IMG/VR virus record: IMGVR_UViG_3300025137_004926
Source of the DNA: a virus
Strand: one strand, 5' to 3'
DNA length: 64,000 nt
Shown here: positions 16,068-26,108 of the stretch, piece after piece
Numbering within the stretch: the stretch's first letter is position 1
How the letters are laid out: every line of letters starts with the position of its first letter
Notes under the pieces: generated by a model
The model's input: only the letters and a program-made list of their open reading frames with translations
What the model was told of the DNA's origin: nothing
Database searches by the model: none
Program-made: the position numbers and the translations under genes

Positions 16068-18914
16068 ATGAAGTGCTATCCACATAACGACTATTATAGA
16101 TATGATGAATTAGAAATCATTCCAAGACTTCTAATTGCATCTAAGGCATCTACTGAGATTCTTCAATCAATTATGATTGAGGCAGAGACCATTCAATCCA
16201 AAATTACGGACGAACATTACTTGACTCATATAATGAAGTCATATGATATGAGTGCGCCTGAAGGTATGGCACTTATGACTCTTTGTGAATCTCTTTTGCG
16301 TACACCAGATACAGAAACACAGGATAGTCTTATTAAAGATAAACTATCAAATGCACAATGGTATAAATTATCTAATAATAGTTTTTATTCTAAAGCGGCC
16401 AGTATTGCACTAACACAAGCACAAATGCTTTCAGCGTATGAAGGTGTGGTAGCAAGACTAGGATGGCCAGCAGTAAGAAAAATAACAAAAACTATAGTAA
16501 AACAAATGGGTACTCTATTTGTTATGGGACGTAATATAGAATCTGCAATAAAAAACAAGAAACAAGGTTATACATATTCATTTGATATGTTAGGAGAGGC
16601 CGCAACAAATTGGGAAGATGCTAATTTGTATTATGAAAGATATCTTAGTGCGGCTATTAAGTCAAAAGAATCTATATCAATAAAACTGAGTGCAATACAC
16701 CCTAGATATGAATTACATAACCATATAGACGTTTTACAGACGTTAGTGCCTAAACTAGCCGCTATAGCTAGAGTATGCGAAGAAAACGATACTACAATGT
16801 TTATTGATGCAGAAGAGGCACGTAGACTTGATATAAGCATTATGGTACTTGAAGAAATGCTTAAAACATACAAATTTAAAGATTTTACTATTGGATTTGC
16901 TTTACAGGCTTATCAGAAACGTTCTTTTTTCGTTATAGACACACTTGAGACAATAGCAGAGAACAGTAGAGCCAAACTAGCTATACGGCTTGTTAAAGGC
17001 GCATATTGGGACACTGAGATAAAGTATGCACAACAAGAAGGACTAGATTATCCAGTATTCACTAGAAAAGAGAATACTGATATATCTTATCTAGCATGTG
17101 CTAAAAAGCTAATGCACAGTGAAAGATTAAAAACTGCTTATGCTACACATAATCCATATACAGTTGCCGCAATACAATGTGCAGGTAAATGTAGTAAACA
17201 AGACTATGAGTTTCAAAAATTATATGGTATGGGTGACAGTTTATTCAGTCAGATAAAAGATGATGTAAAAGTTAGAGTATATGCACCAGTTGGTGAATAT
17301 AAAGATTTGTTAGCATATCTGATAAGAAGACTATTAGAAAATGGTGCTAACACTAGTTTTGTTCATACGAATGAAATTGTAGATCCTTTTAAAGAAGTTA
17401 AAAAGAAAAAGAAATCACTTAAGTCATGGAAAGATTTATATCCTGGAAGAAAGAATAGTAAAGGATATGATTTAACTGATCCAGCTATGGTTGATTATAT
17501 GTTAGACTCTGCGGTTCACCCTCACCATGATGAAGAAATAATTTCAGTAGAAAGTACTATAGAACATTTATATAATTATCAAGAACAATGGGCTAGTACA
17601 ACATTTGAACATAGAAAAAAGATTTTATTGGCATGTGCAGATAGTTTAGAAGAAGAAATGATTCCTGCGGCAAACAGATTAGTAAAATATTCTTTTAAAA
17701 CATATCCAAATGCAGTTGCAGAAATTAGAGAGTCAGTTGATTTTATTCGTTACTACGTAGAACAAGCTGAATTAATGTATGGAGAAAATATCAAAATAGG
17801 TTATACCGGTGAATATAATTCTACAGTTTTTAATCCTAGAGGAACTTGGATGGTAATAGCACCTTGGAATTTTCCTTATGCAATTTTCTTAGGACCAATC
17901 GTAGCCGCATTGATTACAGGAAATACCGTATTGGCAAAACCCGCACCACAGACCCTAGAAATTGCAAAAGTTGTATTGGGTGCAATGCATCACGTTGGTG
18001 TACCAATAGATGCACTACGTATGTGTGACCCTGATATTGAAGAGGCTTCTAAAGCAATCAAAGATGAACGTATATCAGGTATAACGTTCACAGGCTCTCA
18101 TAAGAGTGCTAAGACTATACAGAGGCTTATTGCTGAACGTGATGGGCCTATTATACCTTTCATTGCAGAAACAGGTGGTATAAATTCTATGATTGCAGAT
18201 TCTACATGTTTGCCTGAACAATTAGTACAAGATGTATCGTATGGTGCATTTGATAGTGCAGGACAAAGATGTTCAGCAACTAGATTTTTATTCATTCAAA
18301 AAGAAAACAGTGACGAAGTTATTCGTATGTTAACTCATAAAATTAAAGTAATATCACTTGGTAATGCAGATGATTTAAATACAGACGTATCACGTGTTAT
18401 TGATGGTGTGGCATATGCAAAGATACAAGAAAGAATTGCAGTACTTGAAGAAAACGAAACATTAATTGCAACGAAATCTCGTAATGGAAAAGAGTTACCA
18501 AAATTAATTATCCCACCAAGTGCTTATCTTGTAACAGACTACAAAAAGTATTTTGATGAAGAAATATTTGGTCCATTGTTACATGTTTATGTTTATGAAA
18601 AAGATGAATTAGATGAAATAGTATCTTTTATAAATGAAAGTAAATTTGGACTAACATTGAGTATACATTCACGTGTCACTAGTTTCTATGATAACATAGC
18701 CAAGAAAATGAAGATAGGTAACATTTATATAAACAGAAACCAAATAGGTGCAGTTGTAGAAACTCAACCATTTGGTGGATACGGTCTAAGTGGGACAGGA
18801 CCTAAAGCAGGTGGCCCAGATTATCTAACTCCTTATGTATGGGAAAAACATATAAGTATCAATACTTCTGCTATCGGCGGAGACACTTTACTATTGACTT
18901 CTAATAACGAATAG
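16068..18914 (+). CDS. putA: Bifunctional proline dehydrogenase / P5C dehydrogenase PutA
   Basis: PRODH motifs DMLGE, IKLSA.HPRY, DAEE, RLVKGAYWDTEIK, ATHN, RRLLENGANTSF; ALDH motifs PWNFP, FTGS, ETGG, SAGQRCSA, EEIFGP, QPFGG. Confidence 0.96.
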   Translation: MKCYPHNDYYRYDELEIIPRLLIASKASTEILQSIMIEAETIQSKITDEHYLTHIMKSYDMSAPEGMALMTLCESLLRTPDTETQDSLIKDKLSNAQWYKLSNNSFYSKAASIALTQAQMLSAYEGVVARLGWPAVRKITKTIVKQMGTLFVMGRNIESAIKNKKQGYTYSFDMLGEAATNWEDANLYYERYLSAAIKSKESISIKLSAIHPRYELHNHIDVLQTLVPKLAAIARVCEENDTTMFIDAEEARRLDISIMVLEEMLKTYKFKDFTIGFALQAYQKRSFFVIDTLETIAENSRAKLAIRLVKGAYWDTEIKYAQQEGLDYPVFTRKENTDISYLACAKKLMHSERLKTAYATHNPYTVAAIQCAGKCSKQDYEFQKLYGMGDSLFSQIKDDVKVRVYAPVGEYKDLLAYLIRRLLENGANTSFVHTNEIVDPFKEVKKKKKSLKSWKDLYPGRKNSKGYDLTDPAMVDYMLDSAVHPHHDEEIISVESTIEHLYNYQEQWASTTFEHRKKILLACADSLEEEMIPAANRLVKYSFKTYPNAVAEIRESVDFIRYYVEQAELMYGENIKIGYTGEYNSTVFNPRGTWMVIAPWNFPYAIFLGPIVAALITGNTVLAKPAPQTLEIAKVVLGAMHHVGVPIDALRMCDPDIEEASKAIKDERISGITFTGSHKSAKTIQRLIAERDGPIIPFIAETGGINSMIADSTCLPEQLVQDVSYGAFDSAGQRCSATRFLFIQKENSDEVIRMLTHKIKVISLGNADDLNTDVSRVIDGVAYAKIQERIAVLEENETLIATKSRNGKELPKLIIPPSAYLVTDYKKYFDEEIFGPLLHVYVYEKDELDEIVSFINESKFGLTLSIHSRVTSFYDNIAKKMKIGNIYINRNQIGAVVETQPFGGYGLSGTGPKAGGPDYLTPYVWEKHISINTSAIGGDTLLLTSNNE

Positions 18915-18922
18915 TATATAAT
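18894..18922 (+). promoter_or_regulatory. Sigma70-type promoter
   Basis: TTGACT-17 nt-TATAAT. Confidence 0.7.
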
Positions 18923-18955
18923 CATACTATATCAATGCTAGAAGAGGATCAATAA

Positions 18956-19366
18956 ATGAAGCAAGTAGACTTAAATAAATATACAGACTTTGTAAAGGAA
19001 GTCACATCGGTACAGTCAGGCGATACACATGCATTAGCATCGACACTTAAGGTTTTAGATGAAGAAACAGGCGTCAACATGGCGTTGCTTATGACAGGTG
19101 CGATAGGTATTGCATCAGAAGGAGGCGAGTTTGCAGAAATTGTTAAGAAATGTGTGTTTCAAGGTAAACCACTTGATAGTGAAACTATCTTTCATGCTAA
19201 ACGAGAACTTGGCGATATTATGTGGTATTGGGTTAATAGTTGTCGTGCATTGGGTTTGGATCCTAATGACGTAATGACAGAGAATGTTGAAAAACTAAAA
19301 GCACGTTATCCAGGTGGTGAGTTTGATGTTCACTACAGCGAAAACAGAAAAGAAGGAGATTTGTAA
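18956..19366 (+). CDS. mazG: MazG family nucleoside triphosphate pyrophosphohydrolase
   Basis: SEGGEFAEIVKK, RELGDIMWY and NVEKLKARYP motifs. Confidence 0.9.
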   Translation: MKQVDLNKYTDFVKEVTSVQSGDTHALASTLKVLDEETGVNMALLMTGAIGIASEGGEFAEIVKKCVFQGKPLDSETIFHAKRELGDIMWYWVNSCRALGLDPNDVMTENVEKLKARYPGGEFDVHYSENRKEGDL

Positions 19367-19472
19367 TGGACTTTTTATTATGGCATGCGATTGCAATGAT
19401 ATCTGTAATAGCAGTAAGTTTTAGTGCAGGTTATTATACTGCATTACACGTTAAACGCAAAAAAGACGAGAT

Positions 19473-19958
19473 TTGATTGAAAGTATTAAGAAATGGATTG
19501 AGGATTTTGTGTCAATACACAATGAGCCTATTGGGCACGTGCCATGTCCTTTTGCGAAACAGGCAATGCTCAAAGAGAGAATCAACTATGTATCAGGAGG
19601 AAAGCATACTATAACACCTCTGCTTGATTCTCTCGCTGAGAATTGGAATGACAAATATGAAGTTGTGGTTATTTACTGTCCTACAGAAGATTATACGCCA
19701 GAAGAACTTTCAAAAACTGTAAAAGATTTTAATGATGTTGCTATGAGTAAAGATATAGTGGCACTTGAAGACCATCCCAATGACCCTGAAATACTTAGCG
19801 GTGAAAAGATGAACTATGGTAAAGCTATATTAGTCTTAGTACAGAGGTTATCAAAATTAAACCAAGCAAGTAAAATACTAAAGAAACAAGGGTATTATGA
19901 TAAATGGCCTGATGAGAATTATGAAGATGTTGTAAAGTGGCGTTTTGATAAGGAATAA
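19473..19958 (+). CDS. DUF1415-like protein
   Basis: W.E.F......CPFAK, DHP and LVQRL motifs. Confidence 0.6.
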   Translation: MIESIKKWIEDFVSIHNEPIGHVPCPFAKQAMLKERINYVSGGKHTITPLLDSLAENWNDKYEVVVIYCPTEDYTPEELSKTVKDFNDVAMSKDIVALEDHPNDPEILSGEKMNYGKAILVLVQRLSKLNQASKILKKQGYYDKWPDENYEDVVKWRFDKE

Positions 19959-19986
19959 ATAGATGTAACTAACAAGGAGTTACAAC

Positions 19987-20412
19987 ATGACAACTTATGC
20001 TCGGATAGACCTATCACAGACTAATTATTCTGTTTTAACAAATTGTAAACTTTTAAAAAATCCAAACATTGATGAACTTAATGAAATCTATAAAAAGTAT
20101 TGTAGATACAAAGGTTTTAAAAGTGTAATGCCAATGTTCGATAATGATTATTTGCAAAATGATATTATTGGATACTATGATGAAGAAGATAAACTTGTTG
20201 CATTTAGTTGTATTATGATACAAGACCATGAAAGTGTTGAAGCATTACAGTTTGCTTGGGATTACGAAACTCCTAAATTGCATTTAGGTATAAAAAGTTT
20301 AAGAAATGAATGTGCAATATATAAAAATAAAGGCTATAGATATTTGTATTTAGGTGAAGCACACACTTATAAAAAACAAATCAAAGGCTTTGAGATATTA
20401 GGACCTATCTAA
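19987..20412 (+). CDS. Aminoacyl-tRNA--protein transferase C-terminal (ATE/Bpt)-like GNAT protein
   Basis: KLVAFS, FAWDY..PKLHLG..SL.NE, YLYLG...YK pattern. Confidence 0.6.
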   Translation: MTTYARIDLSQTNYSVLTNCKLLKNPNIDELNEIYKKYCRYKGFKSVMPMFDNDYLQNDIIGYYDEEDKLVAFSCIMIQDHESVEALQFAWDYETPKLHLGIKSLRNECAIYKNKGYRYLYLGEAHTYKKQIKGFEILGPI

Positions 20413-21657
20413 ATGAGTTATCGAATAAACAAAATTAATTCTTATAATGGTTGGGATCCATTGAAACAAGTTATGCTTGGTAATGTGTTTGAACCTGAAT
20501 TTTTTGAAGATTTACCAGACACCAAAACAAGAGATTTACTGCAACAACTTCTTTATGAAACACATGAAGATTTAGACGGTATTCAAAAAACTTTAGAAGA
20601 CATGGGAGTTGATGTTGTTAGAACTCCTGCTAATGCTACTATGTTAGCAGACTTATCAGACGGTCTACCTGCTCAATCTGAATTCACCTCAGTGATGGAT
20701 TGGGTAGAAGGTACAGGTGGGGCTAATGTAAAATTTCAAGGTAGTGGTATTCCTAAACCTTGTTTATCTCCTAGAGACTTTTTCATAGCTATGGGAGATA
20801 AGTTATTATATACAAATGGATTTCATCAATCATCACAGTTAACAGAAGATGGCCAAAAGTTAATTAATCCTGATGTACTAGATATGAGATTAAAAGGCAA
20901 AGACGAGAAGTTTGGTAGATTTCTTCCTTCTCAAAATCTTATGGAAGAAAATGAACTTCCAGTAGAATGGCTTTCATGGGATGCTAAAACACGCAAAGAA
21001 ATGGAAACTGCCTCTGGAATGAATCTAAGAAAATTTAAAGGTCTTACACAAATGTTCTGGGCACCTACTGTTACACGTGTAGGCGATACAATGGTGGTAG
21101 ACTCATATGATATTTCTAACTTACCAAGAGTTATAAATGATTTGTATCCACAATTTAAAATTCCTCATGTTGCTGTTGGTGGACACAATGATGGAACATT
21201 TTGTACTCCTAAACCTGGTCTAGTAGTTTGTGCACCTTGGATTGACAAAGAATCTTTTAAGAAAACATTTCCAGGATGGGATGTAATGAAAATTGAAAAC
21301 CCAGGAACTATGACCTCAGATTGGGGTAATTGGCATAACGATAAGTCAAAGACACAAGGAAAATGGTGGCATCCACAAAGTACATCTAATCCCGAATTCA
21401 GTAATTTTGTAGAAACATGGATGAATAAGTGGGTTGGATATTCAGAAGAAACAGTATTTGAAGTTAATATGTTAAGTGTAAATGAAAGTACAATTTTATC
21501 TATGAACTATCAAAAAGAAGTGAATGACAAATTGAAGCAACATGGAATAGAACCCGTCTATTGTCGTTTTAGACATAGAAATTTTTGGGATGGCGGACTA
21601 CATTGTTTGACAGTTGATACGGTCAGAGAAGGTGGAATGCAGAATTATTTTGAATAA
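20413..21657 (+). CDS. Amidinotransferase (glycine/inosamine amidinotransferase-like)
   Basis: WDPLKQVMLG, PRD, HNDG and DGGLHC.T.D..R motifs. Confidence 0.85.
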   Translation: MSYRINKINSYNGWDPLKQVMLGNVFEPEFFEDLPDTKTRDLLQQLLYETHEDLDGIQKTLEDMGVDVVRTPANATMLADLSDGLPAQSEFTSVMDWVEGTGGANVKFQGSGIPKPCLSPRDFFIAMGDKLLYTNGFHQSSQLTEDGQKLINPDVLDMRLKGKDEKFGRFLPSQNLMEENELPVEWLSWDAKTRKEMETASGMNLRKFKGLTQMFWAPTVTRVGDTMVVDSYDISNLPRVINDLYPQFKIPHVAVGGHNDGTFCTPKPGLVVCAPWIDKESFKKTFPGWDVMKIENPGTMTSDWGNWHNDKSKTQGKWWHPQSTSNPEFSNFVETWMNKWVGYSEETVFEVNMLSVNESTILSMNYQKEVNDKLKQHGIEPVYCRFRHRNFWDGGLHCLTVDTVREGGMQNYFE

Positions 21658-21681
21658 ATAATAGTATAGAGAGTAAAAATT

Positions 21682-21978
21682 ATGTATACAGATTATAATA
21701 GTCTTTCCGAAGAGGACCTAGATAAGAAGATAACTGATTTACAATCTAAGATGGAAATCGCTTATCGCTTGGGACAGGAACATGTTCTGGAACAGTTACA
21801 ACACCATTTAGGGGAGTTGAAACTAGAATACTCAGAACGGTTTGATAAAATGAGATTTGATTTAATAAATCAGAAAACACCCAATTCTATGGTCATAGGA
21901 GAAGAAGATGAATCAACAGACGGAGACGGAGAATCTACCGGCGAAGAAAATACAAAGGATAGTAAACGTATATCATAG
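21682..21978 (+). CDS. Hypothetical protein
   Basis: TAAATA at 21655-21660 upstream; coiled-coil character. Confidence 0.65.
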   Translation: MYTDYNSLSEEDLDKKITDLQSKMEIAYRLGQEHVLEQLQHHLGELKLEYSERFDKMRFDLINQKTPNSMVIGEEDESTDGDGESTGEENTKDSKRIS

Positions 21979-22300
21979 CTTGACATGTGACTGCGATGAT
22001 GTTACAATTACTAAGTTTGTAGAATACATGGACACAAAATGGCACAGTCAATGGCATCCATTGTTCAATATTAAAACTATGAAATTTGATATCGGACATG
22101 ACATAATGCATTTTGAAACATTCAGTGCTAAACTAGATTTGATAAAATATATTTTAAAACTAAGTCAGGAATTTCCTAGAATGTTTTTCATGTATGACTT
22201 CTACACGATAAATGAAGCAGAACATAAACAGGGAACATACTTTGTTATGGACGGAAAAATAACTGACCAAAATATGATAGCTAATAAAACAGAGGTATAA
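21908..22300 (+). CDS. Hypothetical protein
   Basis: 130 aa ORF. Confidence 0.6.
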   Translation: MNQQTETENLPAKKIQRIVNVYHSLTCDCDDVTITKFVEYMDTKWHSQWHPLFNIKTMKFDIGHDIMHFETFSAKLDLIKYILKLSQEFPRMFFMYDFYTINEAEHKQGTYFVMDGKITDQNMIANKTEV

Positions 22301-22301
22301 A

Positions 22302-22964
22302 TTGACAGACGAATATATAAACAGTTACACTACATACGAAGCAAAATTTAGTGTAACAATGCTACAAGCAGACCCTTTCATTCTAAGTGATACATTTGAA
22401 ATAAAAATAGATTTTGCTTGGAATTCAGCAGATTTGGCCAAGGGGAATGCGGCTTTTCTAAAAATGAAATATTTTATTGAAGATACACTACATCAGTCAA
22501 TTTTTACACATAAATCTGCAACAATAGATATGATGCATTTGAAGAACAAAATTGTAGTTTTTCCTTTTGTTCCTACAAGTGATATCATTGCAATGACAAT
22601 ACACTCAAAACTAAATGCTATATGTGGAGAGTTTATTGAGATAGTATCAGTTACTATCGGAAGTAATTACACCAATCCTAAGATGTCTTATACATATTCA
22701 GACATAACTTATCCAGCATTACCAACATTAAAAGACTGGATTGGCCAAGAAAAGTACTACTATGATTCACCATGGTGGGGCAGAGGAACCGTAGAAACAC
22801 AAGATTATGAAGTAAATGAAAATACGGACTTGACAAACCCTCCAAAATTTGATAATATATTAGATAATATTGATAAATTAACAATGGGCGAATTAACACT
22901 TAAACCCGAAGGCGGAGAAGTTGTAGACATAAATGGCTGGAAACCTAAAATCATCAAAGATTGA
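22302..22964 (+). CDS. Hypothetical protein
   Basis: 220 aa ORF with a GAGG RBS and TTG start. Confidence 0.7.
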   Translation: MTDEYINSYTTYEAKFSVTMLQADPFILSDTFEIKIDFAWNSADLAKGNAAFLKMKYFIEDTLHQSIFTHKSATIDMMHLKNKIVVFPFVPTSDIIAMTIHSKLNAICGEFIEIVSVTIGSNYTNPKMSYTYSDITYPALPTLKDWIGQEKYYYDSPWWGRGTVETQDYEVNENTDLTNPPKFDNILDNIDKLTMGELTLKPEGGEVVDINGWKPKIIKD

Positions 22965-23487
22965 CGGTCTTAAAGACCAATATGGAAGAATCGTATATAA
23001 TCGACAAGATTTATACGAAATGCTTTATAATGGCGAAGATATATCTAAAGTCACTGAAATGGAATGGCATGATGATATTGAAAAATATAATAAAGCATTA
23101 TCATTAAATAATGTTGAAAAAGACTTAATTGCACCCATACAAAAATTATCAAAAGAAATAGCTGAATTTGATGATGATAATCAGAAAGAATGGTTTATAC
23201 CGGATGAATATAAAAACTTAGATATTTGGAATTATGTCTTAGATAAATGTCCTGATGATTTGCCCGAAATGAATAGAACGTGCAATGAGTTACATTTATA
23301 TGATAAATACGGTATAATAGACGTACTTAAAGTGTGTGTCTATATTGTTGATACTCTACGTAAACATAATATTATATGGGGTGTTGGCAGAGGCAGTAGT
23401 GTTTCAAGCTATGTATTATACTTAATAGGAATACATAAAGTTGATAGCATTAAATACGAGTTGGATATAAATGAGTTTTTAAAATGA
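22933..23487 (+). CDS. Stand-alone fragment of DNA polymerase III alpha (DnaE-like)
   Basis: R...EL......., YIVD, WGVGRGSSVSSYVLYLIGIHKVDSIKYEL matches the DnaE GPGRGSAAGSLVAY.LGIT.VDP..Y.L motif. Confidence 0.8.
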   Translation: MAGNLKSSKIDGLKDQYGRIVYNRQDLYEMLYNGEDISKVTEMEWHDDIEKYNKALSLNNVEKDLIAPIQKLSKEIAEFDDDNQKEWFIPDEYKNLDIWNYVLDKCPDDLPEMNRTCNELHLYDKYGIIDVLKVCVYIVDTLRKHNIIWGVGRGSSVSSYVLYLIGIHKVDSIKYELDINEFLK

Positions 23488-23708
23488 CAAATGATACTAT
23501 AGTTAGATTCCCAAACAGTAAGCGTTGTTTAACGACTGATGAGGAACGTCTAGTGAAAAGTACTACAAACATTATACATAATTCGTATCAACATACTAAT
23601 CCTTTCGTTAACCAAAACGATAAGACGAATTTTGTTGAACTGCAAATTAAAACTTTGTTAAGAAAAGTTTTTGAAATAAACGAAGACATAAACGAGGATA
23701 TACAATGA
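23484..23708 (+). CDS. Hypothetical protein
   Basis: 74 aa coupled ORF. Confidence 0.5.
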   Translation: MTNDTIVRFPNSKRCLTTDEERLVKSTTNIIHNSYQHTNPFVNQNDKTNFVELQIKTLLRKVFEINEDINEDIQ

Positions 23709-24169
23709 AACAATATAAAAGTATGCGTGGCGTAAGTATAGACCTTGCTAAACTAATGGCAAAATCTGAAAAGAATATTTCTGTAGGAAATACTTCTACA
23801 AATGCTAGAGGTGACCAACTAGGTCGTGGCGGTAGAGTAGTTAAAAGCGCCGATGCGATAGCACGTGAACATTATAATGTAAACAATCCACGTGCAGTAG
23901 TTAAGTCATCCATTAAGGTTGATAATGACGTTGATATGTCAGGCAAGGATCAGGCTGTTGTGCAAGAAGCACCTGCCAAAAAGCAAACAGAAGATGATTG
24001 GAAAGAACCAGTATCTACTCCTGTTGAAGAACCAAAAGAAGAAGTCAAAGAAACTGCACCAGTAACAGAAGAAGCAGTAGAAGACGATTGGGTTGAAGAT
24101 GATGAAGGCAATTTTGTTAAAGCATCTGAAATAAAAAAGACTACGAAGAAAACATCTAAAAAGAAATAG
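23705..24169 (+). CDS. Hypothetical protein (AVGN...NARGD-like motif, acidic tail)
   Basis: GAGGA RBS; 154 aa. Confidence 0.75.
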   Translation: MKQYKSMRGVSIDLAKLMAKSEKNISVGNTSTNARGDQLGRGGRVVKSADAIAREHYNVNNPRAVVKSSIKVDNDVDMSGKDQAVVQEAPAKKQTEDDWKEPVSTPVEEPKEEVKETAPVTEEAVEDDWVEDDEGNFVKASEIKKTTKKTSKKK

Positions 24170-24177
24170 AGGATAAC

Positions 24178-24501
24178 ATGGCAAGTTTAAGACCAATCAG
24201 GGACCGAGTTCTATTAATGAATTTGGAAAAAGGGGAAAAGACAACAAAAGGCGGAGTCATTGTACTTGATGATTCTAAAATGTCCGCAGGAGAACGAGGT
24301 ATCAGACCACGTTGGGCACAGATTTATGCAGTAGGACCAGAACAAGAATCAGTAGTTGCAGGGCAATGGGTTTTAATGGAACATGCAAGATGGACAGATT
24401 CAATGACTGTCGATATCGATGGTGAAGAAACTGAGATTTGGATGGGTGATCCAGAAGCAATGTTAGGAATAAGTGAGACAAAGCCAGCCGATGTAGCTTA
24501 G
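24178..24501 (+). CDS. groES: Co-chaperonin GroES
   Basis: LRPIRDRVL, TTKGGVIV and AVGP motifs. Confidence 0.85.
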   Translation: MASLRPIRDRVLLMNLEKGEKTTKGGVIVLDDSKMSAGERGIRPRWAQIYAVGPEQESVVAGQWVLMEHARWTDSMTVDIDGEETEIWMGDPEAMLGISETKPADVA

Positions 24502-24503
24502 AC

Positions 24504-26108
24504 ATGCAACCTTTACTGGATATTTTTTATCTAACATATAAAAATGATTTTTCACAAAAAAACCTTGACAGACTAAAAGAGAAGGCAGGGTTCCCACAAC
24601 GTGTGGTCAATGTAGCAGACATTGATGGCATTTATAATGCACACAAAGAATGTGCAAGACAATCAAAAACAGAACACTTTTTTGTAGTAGACGGCGATGC
24701 CTGGATTGCTGATGATTTCGATTTCTCTTATGTACCTAGTACAAGTGATGAAGTTTATCCTGAAACATGTTCGGCTCAATGTACACATGTATGGAGAGCG
24801 ATTAATCCTGCTACAGGAAAAACTTATGGGTATGGTGGTGTAAAGTTATTTGCAAGAGAGGCATTCTTTGATAAAGCATGGGCTCATGTAGAGTTTCCAG
24901 GTGTTGATGTAACATCAGAAGTTGCTAGACGAGGTTTTCCATATTTACCAATAGAACAAGTATCCAACGAAACACGTTTTAATACAACAGCCTTTAATGC
25001 TTGGAAAGGTGCATTTAGAGAAACCACTAAACTTGCAAGTGGAATTGCTACCCAAGATAGAAGAAAGAAATTACAAGAGTGGAAGACACCATTAGAAGAT
25101 GTAGGGTTTCGTGCAGAAATCTTATTAGGGTCTATCATGGGAGAAAATTATGGTACTGTTAACGTAGGTAAAGGTGACAAGTTACATAGGATTAATAATT
25201 GGAAATGGTTGAACACTTGGTTCAAACAAAGAAAGAATTGGAAAGCACAGCCGATAGTTGAATTTGATACAACATATCCTGATGGTAGATATATGCTAAA
25301 CGGTATCCAACGATATGCTGAATGGACAAATCATCCAAATGTAGAAGATTTAGATACTATGAGATTAGCTGTTATCGATAGCAACCAAGACCATGTATTC
25401 AATGCAGTTGAAAAACTTATATGGGATAAAAAATATAAGTCAGAGCATTTACAAATATTCTTACAATATCTTTATAGTGGAATAAAGAATAGATTTAATC
25501 CAGAAAGATGCATTCATTTTATGTATGAGTATTTTAATACAGAACAAGACCCATATTTTGGTATGCTAATGGGAGCATTCAAGGAAGCACCAGAAGTAAA
25601 CATTGTAGATGCACATTCTAATTATCAAGTAGAAAGCAAAACATGGTTAATTGATAATCTAGTTAAGCTGGATAAACGATTTGACGATGCAGTATTCATT
25701 GGTGGTTGGTTAGGTATATCAACATTCTGGACGCACAAAAGAAATATTGTACATCGTATTACAAATATTGATATGGACCCAGAAGCAATAAAGTTTAGTA
25801 ATAAACTTAATCAATTCAATGATACGTACTCAGGCTTAGTAGGAGACGCATATGACTACGATTATGATAAACATGACCTAGTTATCAATACGAGTGCAGA
25901 ACACATGACAGAAGAATGGTTTGATAAAGTTAAACCAGGTACCACAGTAGCAATACAAACAAATGATTTTCATGAAATAGATGAACATATAAACACAGTT
26001 AATGACTTGACAGAGTTAGAAAAAAAGTATACTATGTCTAAAGTACTATTTTTAGGAACTAAAGATTGTGACAGATACAATAGGTTTATGTTAGTAGGTA
26101 TAAAATAA
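24504..26108 (+). CDS. Glycosyltransferase-like domain fused to a class I SAM-dependent methyltransferase-like domain
   Basis: N-terminal VVDGD (DxD) and YGYGGVKLF; C-terminal FIGGWLG, NIDMD and VINTSAEH. Confidence 0.6.
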   Translation: MQPLLDIFYLTYKNDFSQKNLDRLKEKAGFPQRVVNVADIDGIYNAHKECARQSKTEHFFVVDGDAWIADDFDFSYVPSTSDEVYPETCSAQCTHVWRAINPATGKTYGYGGVKLFAREAFFDKAWAHVEFPGVDVTSEVARRGFPYLPIEQVSNETRFNTTAFNAWKGAFRETTKLASGIATQDRRKKLQEWKTPLEDVGFRAEILLGSIMGENYGTVNVGKGDKLHRINNWKWLNTWFKQRKNWKAQPIVEFDTTYPDGRYMLNGIQRYAEWTNHPNVEDLDTMRLAVIDSNQDHVFNAVEKLIWDKKYKSEHLQIFLQYLYSGIKNRFNPERCIHFMYEYFNTEQDPYFGMLMGAFKEAPEVNIVDAHSNYQVESKTWLIDNLVKLDKRFDDAVFIGGWLGISTFWTHKRNIVHRITNIDMDPEAIKFSNKLNQFNDTYSGLVGDAYDYDYDKHDLVINTSAEHMTEEWFDKVKPGTTVAIQTNDFHEIDEHINTVNDLTELEKKYTMSKVLFLGTKDCDRYNRFMLVGIK

